Part shown: positions 1 through 8,605 of the stretch, piece after piece
How positions within the stretch are numbered: the first letter of the stretch is position 1
How the letters are laid out: each line of letters starts with the position of its first letter
Assembly: GCF_001652585.1 (NCBI RefSeq)
Contig: NZ_LWLG01000009.1
Location: 30,001 to 62,000, forward strand
Length of the DNA: 32,000 bases
Direction: 5' to 3'
Source: Thermosulfurimonas dismutans
GTDB lineage: Bacteria; Desulfobacterota; Thermodesulfobacteria; Thermodesulfobacteriales; Thermodesulfobacteriaceae
Position numbers and translations under genes: made by a program
The notes under the pieces: model-generated
What the model was told of the DNA's origin: nothing
Database searches by the model: none
What the model saw: only the letters and a program-made list of their open reading frames with translations

Positions 1-1006
1 CCCCCAATTTTTCAGCAAGCACGATATAGGGTTTGAGAATCTTCAGGGCCTCCGCCGAAACCGAAGGCATGTTGACCGCATTCCGAACAACACCGTGGAC
101 CAGAAAATCCACTACCTGCGTGGCCACCGCCAGGGCCACGTTCTTTTGGGCCTCAAGGGTAGAGGCCCCAAGATGGGGAGTGCAAACAAAGTTTTCCATC
201 TTGAGCAGGGGATGATCCGGGTCCGGAGGTTCTTTCTCAAAGACATCCAGAGCCGCTCCGGCCACCTTTCCGTTCTTCATGGCTTCGTAGAGGGCCATCT
301 CGTCCACGATTCCACCTCGGGCGCAGTTGATGAGGAGCACCCCCTCTTTCATCTTGGCAAAACTTTCGGCGTTGATGAGGTGATAGGTCTCTTTCATAAG
401 CGGCACATGCAGCGTTATGATGTCTGCTCTGGCATAAAGTTCGTCAAGGGAAACGAGTTCCACCCCCATTTTGGAAGCCTGTTCTGGAGTCACAAAGGGG
501 TCATAGGCCACCACGTGCATCTTTAGCCCCAGGGCTCGATCCGCCACTACTGAACCGATCCGCCCCAAGCCTATAATGCCCAAAGTCTTACCCATAAGTT
601 CACGGCCCATGAATTTCTTCCTTTCCCAGCGGCCAGCCTTAAGGGAGGTCATAGCCTGGGGGATATTCCGGGCCAGAGCGAACATCATGGCCAGGGTGTG
701 TTCCGCGGCGGAATTGGTATTCCCACCGGGACAATTCATAACCACGATCCCTTTTCGGTTGGCAGCCTCAAGATCCACGTTGTCGAGTCCGGTACCAGCC
801 CGGGCAATGACCTTAAGTCTTTCGGCAGCCTCAATAACTTCGGCCGTAAGTTTGGTACCGCTGCGGATGATGATACCATCGGCCTCCCGGATGGCTTCCT
901 TGAGCTCTTCCGGAGAAAGACCCGTTCGTTCCTCGACTTCAAGACCGGCCTTTTTGAGGATCTCTATTCCGTCAGGAAGAATGGGATCTGTCACCAAAAC
1001 CTTCAT
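1..1006 (-). CDS. serA: D-3-phosphoglycerate dehydrogenase (2-hydroxyacid dehydrogenase family); first ~335 codons, 3' end lies beyond the left edge
   Basis: Missing from the ORF track because there is no stop in the window. My translation of the minus strand from ATG 1006..1004 gives MKVLVTDPILPDGIEILKKAGLEVEE...GKTLGIIGLGRIGSVVADRA (NAD GxGxxG)...LINCARGGIVDE...FVCTPHLGAST. The + strand ORFs at 33..1081 are antisense shadows. The start overlaps the upstream stop as ATGA (1003..1006). Confidence 0.9.
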   Translation of the reverse strand, partial: MKVLVTDPILPDGIEILKKAGLEVEERTGLSPEELKEAIREADGIIIRSGTKLTAEVIEAAERLKVIARAGTGLDNVDLEAANRKGIVVMNCPGGNTNSAAEHTLAMMFALARNIPQAMTSLKAGRWERKKFMGRELMGKTLGIIGLGRIGSVVADRALGLKMHVVAYDPFVTPEQASKMGVELVSLDELYARADIITLHVPLMKETYHLINAESFAKMKEGVLLINCARGGIVDEMALYEAMKNGKVAGAALDVFEKEPPDPDHPLLKMENFVCTPHLGASTLEAQKNVALAVATQVVDFLVHGVVRNAVNMPSVSAEALKILKPYIVLAEKLG

Positions 1007-2160
1007 GCGGAAACCTCCCTAGCCTTTTCTTTAATGTATTCTAAGGCCCTTGAGACTCCGGCTCCCATTTTAACGGGATAACCCATTTCCGAAAGTCCGA
1101 TCTCAAGGGCTGAAAGGGCCAAAACCACGTCTAAGGGACTCTGATCCCCCATATGGGTGATACGAACTACACGTCCTTTAAGTTTCCCCTGCCCTCCTGC
1201 AAAAATGACCCCATATTTTTCACGGAGTATCCGATTGAGCTTTCCGCCGTCCACCCCATCGGGAAGTTCAATCACAGTCAAGGCCTCACAAGGTTCCTCT
1301 GCAAAAAGTTTGAGGCCTAAAGCCAGAACCCCTTCACGACAGGCTTCGGAAAGGAGACTGTAATGAGCAAAGAGCCTCTCCAATCCCATCTCGCGGATAT
1401 GTTTGAGGGATTCCCTGAGAGACAAGAGAAGGGACACCGCCGGAGTATAAGCAGTAGTATCCTTCTCATAGGCCTTCCACTCACGTCGCAAGTCAAAGTA
1501 ATACCGGGGAAGACCCTCACTTTCCACTCGAGACCAGGCCTTCTCCGAGAGGGCTATAAAGGAAAGCCCCGGCGGAAGAGCCAGGCTTTTTTGTGAGCCA
1601 GCCACCACTACATCAAGTCCCCACTCATCCATAGGAAGAGGATAAACTCCAAGCGCAGAGATGGCATCTACAACAAGCAGGACATCTCTCGACCGAGTAA
1701 TCTCGGCCAGTTCCCGAACCGGGTGTTTCACTCCGGTTGAGGTCTCGTGGGCCTGAACCAGCACGGCCCGAATTTCAGGATGGTTCTCAAGTTTCTCCTC
1801 CACCTCTTTCGGCCTTACGGCTTTGCCCCAGGGTACATCCACGTAAATTGGATTTAAACCGTAAGTCTCTGCGATTTCGCCCCAGCGTTCGCCAAATTTG
1901 CCTCCTCTCACTACCAGAACGGTTTCACCCGGCGAGAAAAGATTGGCCACCGCGGCCTCCATCGCTCCGGTCCCAGAAGAGGCAAAAAAGAAGACCGGCC
2001 TTTCGGTCTGAAAGAGATACTTTAGATCCTGTCTGATTTCCGAAATAACCGCTGAAAATTCGGGAAGACGGTGATGCGGAATAGGCCCTGCTCCTGCCAA
2101 AAGGACTTTAGGATGTACCGGTACCGGACCGGGAGTAAAAAGATGCCACTTTTTCAACAT
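1003..2160 (-). CDS. class V PLP-dependent aminotransferase (serine-pyruvate / alanine-glyoxylate / phosphoserine aminotransferase family)
   Basis: 385 aa. SSGTGAMEAAV and VVVAGSQKSLALPPG (SQK PLP-lysine motif) are typical of AGT-type class V enzymes. SD GGAGGAGG at 2168..2175 sits 7 nt before the ATG. The gene is translationally coupled to serA. Confidence 0.85.
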   Translation of the reverse strand: MLKKWHLFTPGPVPVHPKVLLAGAGPIPHHRLPEFSAVISEIRQDLKYLFQTERPVFFFASSGTGAMEAAVANLFSPGETVLVVRGGKFGERWGEIAETYGLNPIYVDVPWGKAVRPKEVEEKLENHPEIRAVLVQAHETSTGVKHPVRELAEITRSRDVLLVVDAISALGVYPLPMDEWGLDVVVAGSQKSLALPPGLSFIALSEKAWSRVESEGLPRYYFDLRREWKAYEKDTTAYTPAVSLLLSLRESLKHIREMGLERLFAHYSLLSEACREGVLALGLKLFAEEPCEALTVIELPDGVDGGKLNRILREKYGVIFAGGQGKLKGRVVRITHMGDQSPLDVVLALSALEIGLSEMGYPVKMGAGVSRALEYIKEKAREVSA

Positions 2161-2277
2161 AACTCAGCCTCCTCCAAAAAACCTCGCCCCTACTTTAATC
2201 CGATTTTTCGAATTGACTACCCTTTACACCCTCATAATAAAATGTTATTTGAGTCCTAAGATTTAGGGGAGGCAATT

Positions 2278-3015
2278 ATGAAAAAATTTGGACTAATATT
2301 TCTTATTCTTCTCATCTGGATTTCTCTAGGCTTTGGCTGTCCCTCCGCGGAAAGGACAGAACGGGCTCTCAAAGAACTTTTCCAAGGGCCGGAGATAAAG
2401 ATCATCAAGGTTTCGCCATCTCCTGTAAAGGGCATATGTGAAGTAATTGTTTTACAAGGTCAAAGAAGAGGACTCACCTATATCGACGAAAGTGGAAAAT
2501 TTTTGATCGCTGGTAGAATCATTGATCTCACATATCGGAAAGATCTCACTCAGGAAAAGATCGCCGAGCTTAATCGCGTCAAGCTTTCCCCAGAGAAACT
2601 GAAAACTTTAAAAAAGTACGTGGCCTTTTCGGCTGGGTCAGGGCCGGAGATCTTTCTCATCACGGATCCCGACTGTCCCTTCTGTAAAAGGGCGGAAAAG
2701 ATTCTTTGGGAGCTTGTCCAAAAAAATCAGGTAAAAGTCAACGTCGTCTTTTTCCCCCTTGAAAAGCTCCATCCTAAAGCCAAAGCCAAGGCCATTTCCA
2801 TGATCTGTGAAGGCAAAGGTTTCGAAACTCTCCTTATAAACTATAATGGAAACAGCACCTGCCCCGAAGGGCAAAGAAAGGTAGAGGGTAGCGTGCAGTT
2901 CGTCAAATCTTTGGGTATAAGTGGAACACCTACCTATATTTTCCCCTCCGGTCTCACCCATTCGGGGGTTTTAACCAAGGAAAAGATCCTGGAAATGGTA
3001 AAAGATGGATCTTAA
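2278..3015 (+). CDS. periplasmic thiol:disulfide interchange protein, DsbC/DsbG family
   Basis: 245 aa. It has an N-terminal signal/lipobox-like sequence (ISLGFGC), a DsbC-type dimerisation segment (SPVKGICEVIV...YIDESGKFLIAGRIIDL), a thioredoxin active site ITDPDCPFC and a second Cys pair (MICEG...STCPEG). SD GGGGAGG lies upstream. Confidence 0.8.
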   Translation: MKKFGLIFLILLIWISLGFGCPSAERTERALKELFQGPEIKIIKVSPSPVKGICEVIVLQGQRRGLTYIDESGKFLIAGRIIDLTYRKDLTQEKIAELNRVKLSPEKLKTLKKYVAFSAGSGPEIFLITDPDCPFCKRAEKILWELVQKNQVKVNVVFFPLEKLHPKAKAKAISMICEGKGFETLLINYNGNSTCPEGQRKVEGSVQFVKSLGISGTPTYIFPSGLTHSGVLTKEKILEMVKDGS

Positions 3016-3580
3016 AGACGAAGAGAAGATCTTTCTCCTAAAACTTGCCCGAAAGACCTTGGAGGCCTATTTCGAGCGCAGAAAGTTAGAAATCACACCT
3101 CCTTCCTCGCCTAACATATCTTCTCCGGCAGGGGCCTTTGTAACCCTTCACAAACATGGTGAACTACGAGGTTGCATAGGCTGTTTTCAATCGGAAAAAC
3201 CCCTCTATCAAGTAGTTCAGGAAATGGCTCTTTCCTCGGCTCTTAATGATCCCCGGTTTCCTCCTCTTTCTGCGGATGAACTTCCAGAGATAGAGATAGA
3301 AATCTCCGTGCTTTCACCTCTTAGGAAGGGAGGGCCGGAGGAAGTAGAAGTTGGCAAACATGGAGTGTACCTTATCAAAGGTTATTTCAGAGGAGTACTG
3401 TTGCCCCAAGTAGCGGTAGAACACGGCTGGGATCGAGAAACCTTTCTTGACCATGTATGTCTTAAGGCCGGCCTTCCGCCTCGTTGTTGGCAAGATCCCG
3501 AAACCGAACTCTATCTCTTCACCGCCGAAGTCTTTAGCGAAAAAGACTTCGGACTTGCCCCTTCACAAAAAATTTTATAG
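3005..3580 (+). CDS. AMMECR1 domain protein
   Basis: 191 aa. It carries the hallmark GELRGCIGCF motif and DPRFPPL, and the length is typical. The start overlaps the dsbC-like gene by 11 nt. Confidence 0.85.
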   Translation: MDLKDEEKIFLLKLARKTLEAYFERRKLEITPPSSPNISSPAGAFVTLHKHGELRGCIGCFQSEKPLYQVVQEMALSSALNDPRFPPLSADELPEIEIEISVLSPLRKGGPEEVEVGKHGVYLIKGYFRGVLLPQVAVEHGWDRETFLDHVCLKAGLPPRCWQDPETELYLFTAEVFSEKDFGLAPSQKIL

Positions 3581-3590
3581 GATGTAGCCC

Positions 3591-4496
3591 ATGAGTGAAG
3601 AACTCTATCTTTTGCTCCTTCCAGAGGAAGGAAAAACTAAAAAATACAAGATAAAATATTGTTATCTCAAGTGGCTACTTCTTATTTTCATAAGTCTGTG
3701 TGTCTTCTCCGCAATTGGTTTCTGGGCTTTATGGAACAACATAACACTTCGTCAAGAAGTAAAAAATTTAAAAAGTGAAGTAATCGCCCTTCAAAAGAAA
3801 AACGATGATCTCCTCTTCCGTATTTCCGAGCTTGAAAAGGAAAAGCACGAACTTTTGGCTAATGCCGTAGGCAAATTAAAAAATCATTCCCAAATGCTCA
3901 GAGACCTGGTGGCAGACCTAGGACTTTCCAAATATGTGAAATCCGCCCAGAACAAGGCTTTCAAAGGTGGTCCCTACAAACCGGAAGGGGGAATCTTTGT
4001 CCCTCTACAAGAGAAAGCTACCCCTGAAATACTACTCAATACTTATGAATATCTACTTTCGGATATAGAAGCTTACCTTAAAGTTCTTTCTAAAGTCCCT
4101 ATAGGCAAACCTTGTCGAGGATATATCTCCTCACGGTATGGAAGACGTAAGGATCCTTTCACAGGTAAACCGGCTTTCCATACTGGGATTGATATCGTAA
4201 GCTATCCCGGTACTCCTATCAGAGCCACCGCCGATGGGAAAGTCATTTATGCCGGAAACCACAGTGGTTATGGAAAAGTAGTGGTCATTCGCCACGGTTT
4301 CGGTTATTCCACCCTTTATGGGCATCTTAAAAAGATTAAAGTCCGGGCCGGTCAAAAGGTGAAACGGGGACAAGTCATCGGCTATCTAGGAAATACCGGC
4401 CGGAGCACAGGACCCCACCTTCATTACGAAATCAGACGTTACGGCCGTTACTTGAATCCTTCCAAATATCTCCGTCTACAGCTGGCCAAGAAATAA
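3591..4496 (+). CDS. membrane-anchored M23 (LytM-type) peptidoglycan metalloendopeptidase with coiled coil
   Basis: 301 aa. It has an N-terminal TM helix (WLLLIFISLCVFSAIGFWALW), a coiled-coil segment, and a C-terminal LytM domain with intact zinc ligands: FHTGIDI (HxxxD) and GPHLHYEI (HxH). Confidence 0.9.
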   Translation: MSEELYLLLLPEEGKTKKYKIKYCYLKWLLLIFISLCVFSAIGFWALWNNITLRQEVKNLKSEVIALQKKNDDLLFRISELEKEKHELLANAVGKLKNHSQMLRDLVADLGLSKYVKSAQNKAFKGGPYKPEGGIFVPLQEKATPEILLNTYEYLLSDIEAYLKVLSKVPIGKPCRGYISSRYGRRKDPFTGKPAFHTGIDIVSYPGTPIRATADGKVIYAGNHSGYGKVVVIRHGFGYSTLYGHLKKIKVRAGQKVKRGQVIGYLGNTGRSTGPHLHYEIRRYGRYLNPSKYLRLQLAKK

Positions 4497-4498
4497 AA

Positions 4499-4876
4499 AT
4501 GCCTTTCAAGAAAGATCTGGCCAGAGAAGACCTCAAGGCCTATATTGGGACCGGTCTCGAAATAGAGGGAAATATTGTTTTTCAGGGAAATGTTAAATTT
4601 GAAGGCAAGCTCAAGGGGCAACTAAGTGGTGAGAAGGTCGTCATAGGTGATACGGGAATCATTAATGGCGAAATCGAAGCCGAGGAGATCATCTGTTTCG
4701 GATCTATCGATGGTCGAGTACGAGCAAAATCCCTACACCTCAAAAAAACGGCCCGATTTAAAGGAGAACTTTTAGCCGAAAGGCTTTTAGTAGAAGAGGG
4801 GGCTAAAATCGAAGGACAGATCAAAGTGGGAGAACTTCAAACTCGGCCTTCAGAGGCCGAGAAAGCAATTTCCTAA
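4499..4876 (+). CDS. bactofilin (polymer-forming cytoskeletal protein, CcmA/DUF583 family)
   Basis: 125 aa. The beta-helical repeat pattern IEGNIVFQGNVKFEGKLKGQLSGEKVVIGDTGIINGEIEAEEIICFGSIDGRVRAKSLHL...EGAKIEGQI is characteristic. The ATG sits 2 nt after the M23 stop. Confidence 0.85.
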   Translation: MPFKKDLAREDLKAYIGTGLEIEGNIVFQGNVKFEGKLKGQLSGEKVVIGDTGIINGEIEAEEIICFGSIDGRVRAKSLHLKKTARFKGELLAERLLVEEGAKIEGQIKVGELQTRPSEAEKAIS

Positions 4877-5825
4877 GGACCTCCGCAGGACTCTCCTCTT
4901 CGTATAAAATCCGATAGACAGCCTCCGAAATAGGCATTTCCACTTGATGCTTTTCGGAAAGCTTTTTGACGGCCAAAGCTGTCTTCAGACCTTCGGCCAC
5001 CTGGTGGAGGTCCTGAAGTATCTCCGAAAGTTTCTCACCCTTTCCGAGCCGGAAGCCCACGGTGTAGTTACGGGAAAGATTCCCGGTGCAGGTAAGAACT
5101 AAATCTCCAAGACCGGCCAGACCGGAGAAAGTAATAGATTTAGCGCCCAACTTTACGCCCAGCCTTATGATCTCACTCAGACCCCGCGTGATAAGGGCCG
5201 CTCGGGCGTTAAGCCCTAACCCCAAGCCGTCTGAGATACCAGCCGCAATGGCGATTATGTTTTTTAAAGCCCCACAGAGCTCCACCCCCCGCACGTCCAG
5301 ACTCCGATATATACGGAAATAAGGGAGGGACAAGGCCTCCTGAAAACTATGCACCAGTTTTTCATCCTCTCCTGCCAAGACCACCGCCGTGGGAAGCCTA
5401 TTGGCTACCTCCAGGGCAAAACTTGGACCAGAGAGCACCATCAGAGCCCGGTTTTCCGGAAAAAATTCTTGCAGGACCTCAAACGGGGTCTTTCCACTCT
5501 CAATCTCGATACCTTTAATGGCCGAGATCATAGGAGTGTCGGATCCAAGGTAATCTCGCAAAGATTTCAGAACTCCCCGCAAACTCTGACAGGGAACCAC
5601 CCAGAGGATTAACTCTCTATCTCTCAAGACCTCTGGTTCTACTGAAGCCTGAAGCTCCGCAGGAAGGATTATGCCTGGAAGGTATTGAGGATTTTCGCGC
5701 CTATGATTGATGGCCTCTGCAACTTCAGATCTTCGAGCTAGGAGAAAGACTTCATGTCCTTTTTCGGACAAGACTTTGGCAAGGGCTGTCCCCCAGCTTC
5801 CAGCTCCAACAACTGCTATTTTCAT
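4821..5825 (-). CDS. gpsA: NAD(P)H-dependent glycerol-3-phosphate dehydrogenase
   Basis: MKIAVVGAGSWGTALA Rossmann start, plus GLKNIIAIAAGISDGLGLG and GDLVLTC motifs. I prefer ATG 5825 (2 nt after the upstream TAA) over the TTG at 5837 given in the ORF track. Confidence 0.92.
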   Translation of the reverse strand: MKIAVVGAGSWGTALAKVLSEKGHEVFLLARRSEVAEAINHRRENPQYLPGIILPAELQASVEPEVLRDRELILWVVPCQSLRGVLKSLRDYLGSDTPMISAIKGIEIESGKTPFEVLQEFFPENRALMVLSGPSFALEVANRLPTAVVLAGEDEKLVHSFQEALSLPYFRIYRSLDVRGVELCGALKNIIAIAAGISDGLGLGLNARAALITRGLSEIIRLGVKLGAKSITFSGLAGLGDLVLTCTGNLSRNYTVGFRLGKGEKLSEILQDLHQVAEGLKTALAVKKLSEKHQVEMPISEAVYRILYEEESPAEVLRKLLSRPLKAEFEVLPL

Positions 5826-5827
5826 GA

Positions 5828-6697
5828 TTATCTGCAACGAGCTTTGAGAAATTGGGCCAAATCCCGGTAAAGAGACCCTGAAATAGAATCTATTTTCTTA
5901 AATTCCAGACAGGCTTCAGAATAGTCTCCCTTTTTTATCTCCACCATTACTAAATTTAAACGAGTTGAGGGATCGTCCACCAATTTCAAGGACTCCCGCA
6001 AGGCTGTCTCCGCTTCCTCTAAGTCTCCTACCAGAAATAGACAAGCGGCGTAATTATTTAGGACTTCGGCGCTCTTTCGAAGTTTAAGATATTCTCGATA
6101 AAGTCTCAAAGCCTCACTACACTGACCTTTTTTGCGCAAAGACTCGGCCCGCACCAAAAGACCACGCAATCTCTCCTCAGGCCCCAGAGGAAGGGGGGGC
6201 TTGGCCGGCTCTTTTTTAATCTTGTAAGACCTCTCCGAGAAGGCGCCCTTCGCCGCTTCCTTCAAAGGTTTCCTCACCATATCTCTCTTCGTTTGTTTCT
6301 CGTTCGAAGTAGCTAAAACTACTACTTTTTCCGGCAACTTAGAAGCTTGTAACGCCGCCCCTTTGCTTTTAGGGGAGGCCTCAACTTTGGGGGGCTTGAC
6401 TGGCGGCTTAACTTCAACTTTAGATTCCTGGACTTTAGATTCTTGGACAACTTTTGGGGCTGGAGGAGAAGATTTCCTAACTATGGACGTTTGGGGAATA
6501 TACACCTCGGGGAAGAAGAAGCTTTTAAAGGCATAAAAACCCCCAAACCCCAAAATGACAGAGAGCACCAGAATGCCGATCAGGATAGCAACTTTCTTCC
6601 TAGACTCTGGGGAAACTCTCTCTGAAAATTTTTCAGAGGGAAAAGAACCCTCTTTTCGGCTTTCAATCTGTTTAAGGATTTCGTAAAGCTTGCTCAT
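5828..6697 (-). CDS. bitopic TPR-repeat protein, MshN-like last gene of the pilus/secretion operon
   Basis: 289 aa. It has a short N-terminal helix, a TM helix (VAILIGILVLSVILGFGGFYAF), a Pro/Lys-rich linker with tandem repeats, and C-terminal TPR-like helices (ALRLYREYLKL...NNYAACLFLVGDLEEAETALRESLKL). It lies immediately downstream of the secretin. Confidence 0.6.
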   Translation of the reverse strand: MSKLYEILKQIESRKEGSFPSEKFSERVSPESRKKVAILIGILVLSVILGFGGFYAFKSFFFPEVYIPQTSIVRKSSPPAPKVVQESKVQESKVEVKPPVKPPKVEASPKSKGAALQASKLPEKVVVLATSNEKQTKRDMVRKPLKEAAKGAFSERSYKIKKEPAKPPLPLGPEERLRGLLVRAESLRKKGQCSEALRLYREYLKLRKSAEVLNNYAACLFLVGDLEEAETALRESLKLVDDPSTRLNLVMVEIKKGDYSEACLEFKKIDSISGSLYRDLAQFLKARCR

Positions 6698-6700
6698 CTA

Positions 6701-8239
6701 TCAAACCAGAGAAACCTTAAGTAGGATTACCAGTTCCACCTTACGGTTATCTTTTAGGGAATGGGTAAAAAGAGATCCCAAGCCTGGAAGACGCCCAAGC
6801 CCCCAGACCTTTCGAGTCTCAGTACTTTTCCTATCGAGTATCAAGCCTCCAATAACCACCAGGTCATGGGGCGTAACCTTAATGACTGTGCTCATTTCTC
6901 TAAGGTTCACCTGGGGCAGGGTCACCGCGGTATCCGTTCCGAATTCCTCCCTTTTCAACTCTACCAGATCGCTTTTTATGGGGACGATGTGCAAGATAAT
7001 TTCTCCTGTTCCCGTAATATGAGGGGTAACCCCGAGAAGCAACCCGTCAAAGATGGCACTGGTGTCCACCGTGGTCTGCGTCTGAGAGATGTTCTCCGAA
7101 GAGATAACCTCCCGGTTTATCTCCTTTACGTACCCCACAGAACGTCCCACGCTTATGAGAGCGGGCTGGCCGTGAAGGATCCGAAGTCTGGGGTTGGAAA
7201 GAATGTGGACTTCGCCGTAACTTTCAAGTAGCTTTAGCATGCCTTCGAAGGAGGGTTTGTGCTGATAAGTAAAAGTCAAAGTGGTCATCGTCGGCCGAAG
7301 GTCCAGAGTGGCCGCTGAAGCGTTGGGAAGCCTGGCTTCCTGTATCCTCACCCAGTCTATACCGAGATCATGGCCCCGAGAAAGATCCACTTCCACAATT
7401 TTGGCCTCGATAAGGACCTGGCGACCATAACGGCTCCTAAGTCTTTCCACCAGTTCGGCTACTCTTTTTACCCGAGAAGGGTGATCCCTTACGAAAAGGT
7501 TGCCCGTCAAACGATTGAAGGTGAAAGTACCGTCCTTTGAGAGGAGGACTTTAATGGAAGCCTCAAGTTGTTTATAGACATCCGTGGAGTCCTTGGTAGT
7601 CTCTCCGCTCAACTCATATTGACCTTTAAGAGGGGACACGAATTCGGTTCCCCCCGACTCGCCACTGCTTCCGCTAGATCCGCCGGCACTACCGCTTACG
7701 CCACCCAGGACATCTCCCCCCAAAGAAAACTTAGAACTTCTCAGAGTTTGAAGAAAAGAAAGGTCAAACAGTTTTTCCTCAAAGGCCTTGATGTAAATAA
7801 TACCCCCTTGGATTTCGTAAGTTAGATCCAGTATGCGGCAGATGCTCTCAAGGATCTCCTTTAAGGTATAATCATGAAACTCGGCGGTTATGAAACGCCT
7901 ATCCTCGGGCAAGTAATCAAAGACCTCGCTTTCGATCACTAGGTTAAGCCCAGCCTCTCGAGCCAGAAGATAGAAGATTCCGATGGCGTCTTCCTCTCTT
8001 ACAGAAAGGGAAAGTCTTCGGGTCTCGAACGGGGAAACTTCTTTAAAAATAGGTTTCAGTTCGGGAAGCGCGGACTGAGTTTCAGAGGGTTGTGGAGGAG
8101 AGGTTGAGGCAAGATCTAAGGTCTGCTCCTGTGGAGTTCTAGTAGCACACCCCAACAAGGAAAAAATCACCAGGCTAAAAAGAAAGCTTTTCACCCACCA
8201 GAAGCCGGATCTTTTTTTGTCTGCCATACAATTCCACAT
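6701..8239 (-). CDS. outer-membrane secretin lipoprotein (MshL/PilQ/GspD superfamily, MshL-like)
   Basis: 512 aa. Signal peptide with lipobox FSLLGC. It has an N-terminal STN-like domain and a C-terminal secretin core (ILSNPRLRILHGQPALISVG...VTPHITGTGEIILHIVP...VIGGLILDRKSTETRKVWGLGRLPGLGSLF...VELVILLK). Confidence 0.88.
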   Translation of the reverse strand: MWNCMADKKRSGFWWVKSFLFSLVIFSLLGCATRTPQEQTLDLASTSPPQPSETQSALPELKPIFKEVSPFETRRLSLSVREEDAIGIFYLLAREAGLNLVIESEVFDYLPEDRRFITAEFHDYTLKEILESICRILDLTYEIQGGIIYIKAFEEKLFDLSFLQTLRSSKFSLGGDVLGGVSGSAGGSSGSSGESGGTEFVSPLKGQYELSGETTKDSTDVYKQLEASIKVLLSKDGTFTFNRLTGNLFVRDHPSRVKRVAELVERLRSRYGRQVLIEAKIVEVDLSRGHDLGIDWVRIQEARLPNASAATLDLRPTMTTLTFTYQHKPSFEGMLKLLESYGEVHILSNPRLRILHGQPALISVGRSVGYVKEINREVISSENISQTQTTVDTSAIFDGLLLGVTPHITGTGEIILHIVPIKSDLVELKREEFGTDTAVTLPQVNLREMSTVIKVTPHDLVVIGGLILDRKSTETRKVWGLGRLPGLGSLFTHSLKDNRKVELVILLKVSLV

Positions 8240-8603
8240 AATTGTCCCCGATAAAAACTATTTTAAAAGGACCTATCTTTTGGCCCTCTTTTAACAATTC
8301 ACCGTCAATTTTACAAATCTTTTCCTGTCCGATCTTCAATACCGCCTTGAGCTCAAGGACACTCCGGGGGCTAGGAGGAACCGGTTTATCCAGAAGCAAA
8401 AAGGCCTCACTTATAACCGGCTCCCGGGGTATGTATCTTATTTTCTCGGGACTCACCTGAGGGATCTCCCGGTAACCCTGAGGTACGCTCGGAACCCTGA
8501 TGGTCCTGAGATCAGGCCTTAAATGCCAGTAGAAAAGGAGACTCAGGGCCACGGCCAGCACCACAGGACCCCAAAATAGCCCCAAGATTTTATATCTATC
8601 CAT
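8175..8603 (-). CDS. small bitopic pilus-assembly protein, PilP/MshK-like (topology-based call)
   Basis: I prefer ATG 8603 (MDRYKILGLFWGPVVLAVALSLLFYW, an N-terminal TM helix), 2 nt after the upstream stop, over the 8693 start in the ORF track. The C-terminus KICKIDGELLKEGQKIGPFKIVFIGDNYVEL resembles the small beta-domain of PilP / the GspC HR domain. Confidence 0.5.
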   Translation of the reverse strand: MDRYKILGLFWGPVVLAVALSLLFYWHLRPDLRTIRVPSVPQGYREIPQVSPEKIRYIPREPVISEAFLLLDKPVPPSPRSVLELKAVLKIGQEKICKIDGELLKEGQKIGPFKIVFIGDNYVELYGRQKKIRLLVGEKLSF

Positions 8604-8605
8604 TT

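Noticed and set aside
33-1081. Several + strand ORFs (33..215, 95..526, 576..1022, 698..1081) listed in the ORF track.
   Set aside because: They are antisense shadows of serA, which reads cleanly on the minus strand with textbook dehydrogenase motifs. Their sequences are Arg/Ser/Pro-rich and lack motifs.
2213-2240. Possible sigma70 promoter for the dsbC-like operon (TTGACT at 2213..2218 with CATAAT/TAATAA near 2233..2240).
   Set aside because: The -35 is good. However, the best -10 (CATAAT) gives a 14 nt spacer, and the 16 nt spacer alternative (TAATAA) lacks the final T. This is too ambiguous to call as a feature.
3005-3580. AMMECR1 gene as part of an AmmeMemoRadiSam three-gene system together with the radical SAM gene at 14090..16543.
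   Set aside because: No Memo-like gene is present in the window. The radical SAM protein lies 10 kb away on the other strand and belongs to a different family (B12-domain/DUF2344 type, not the small activase type).
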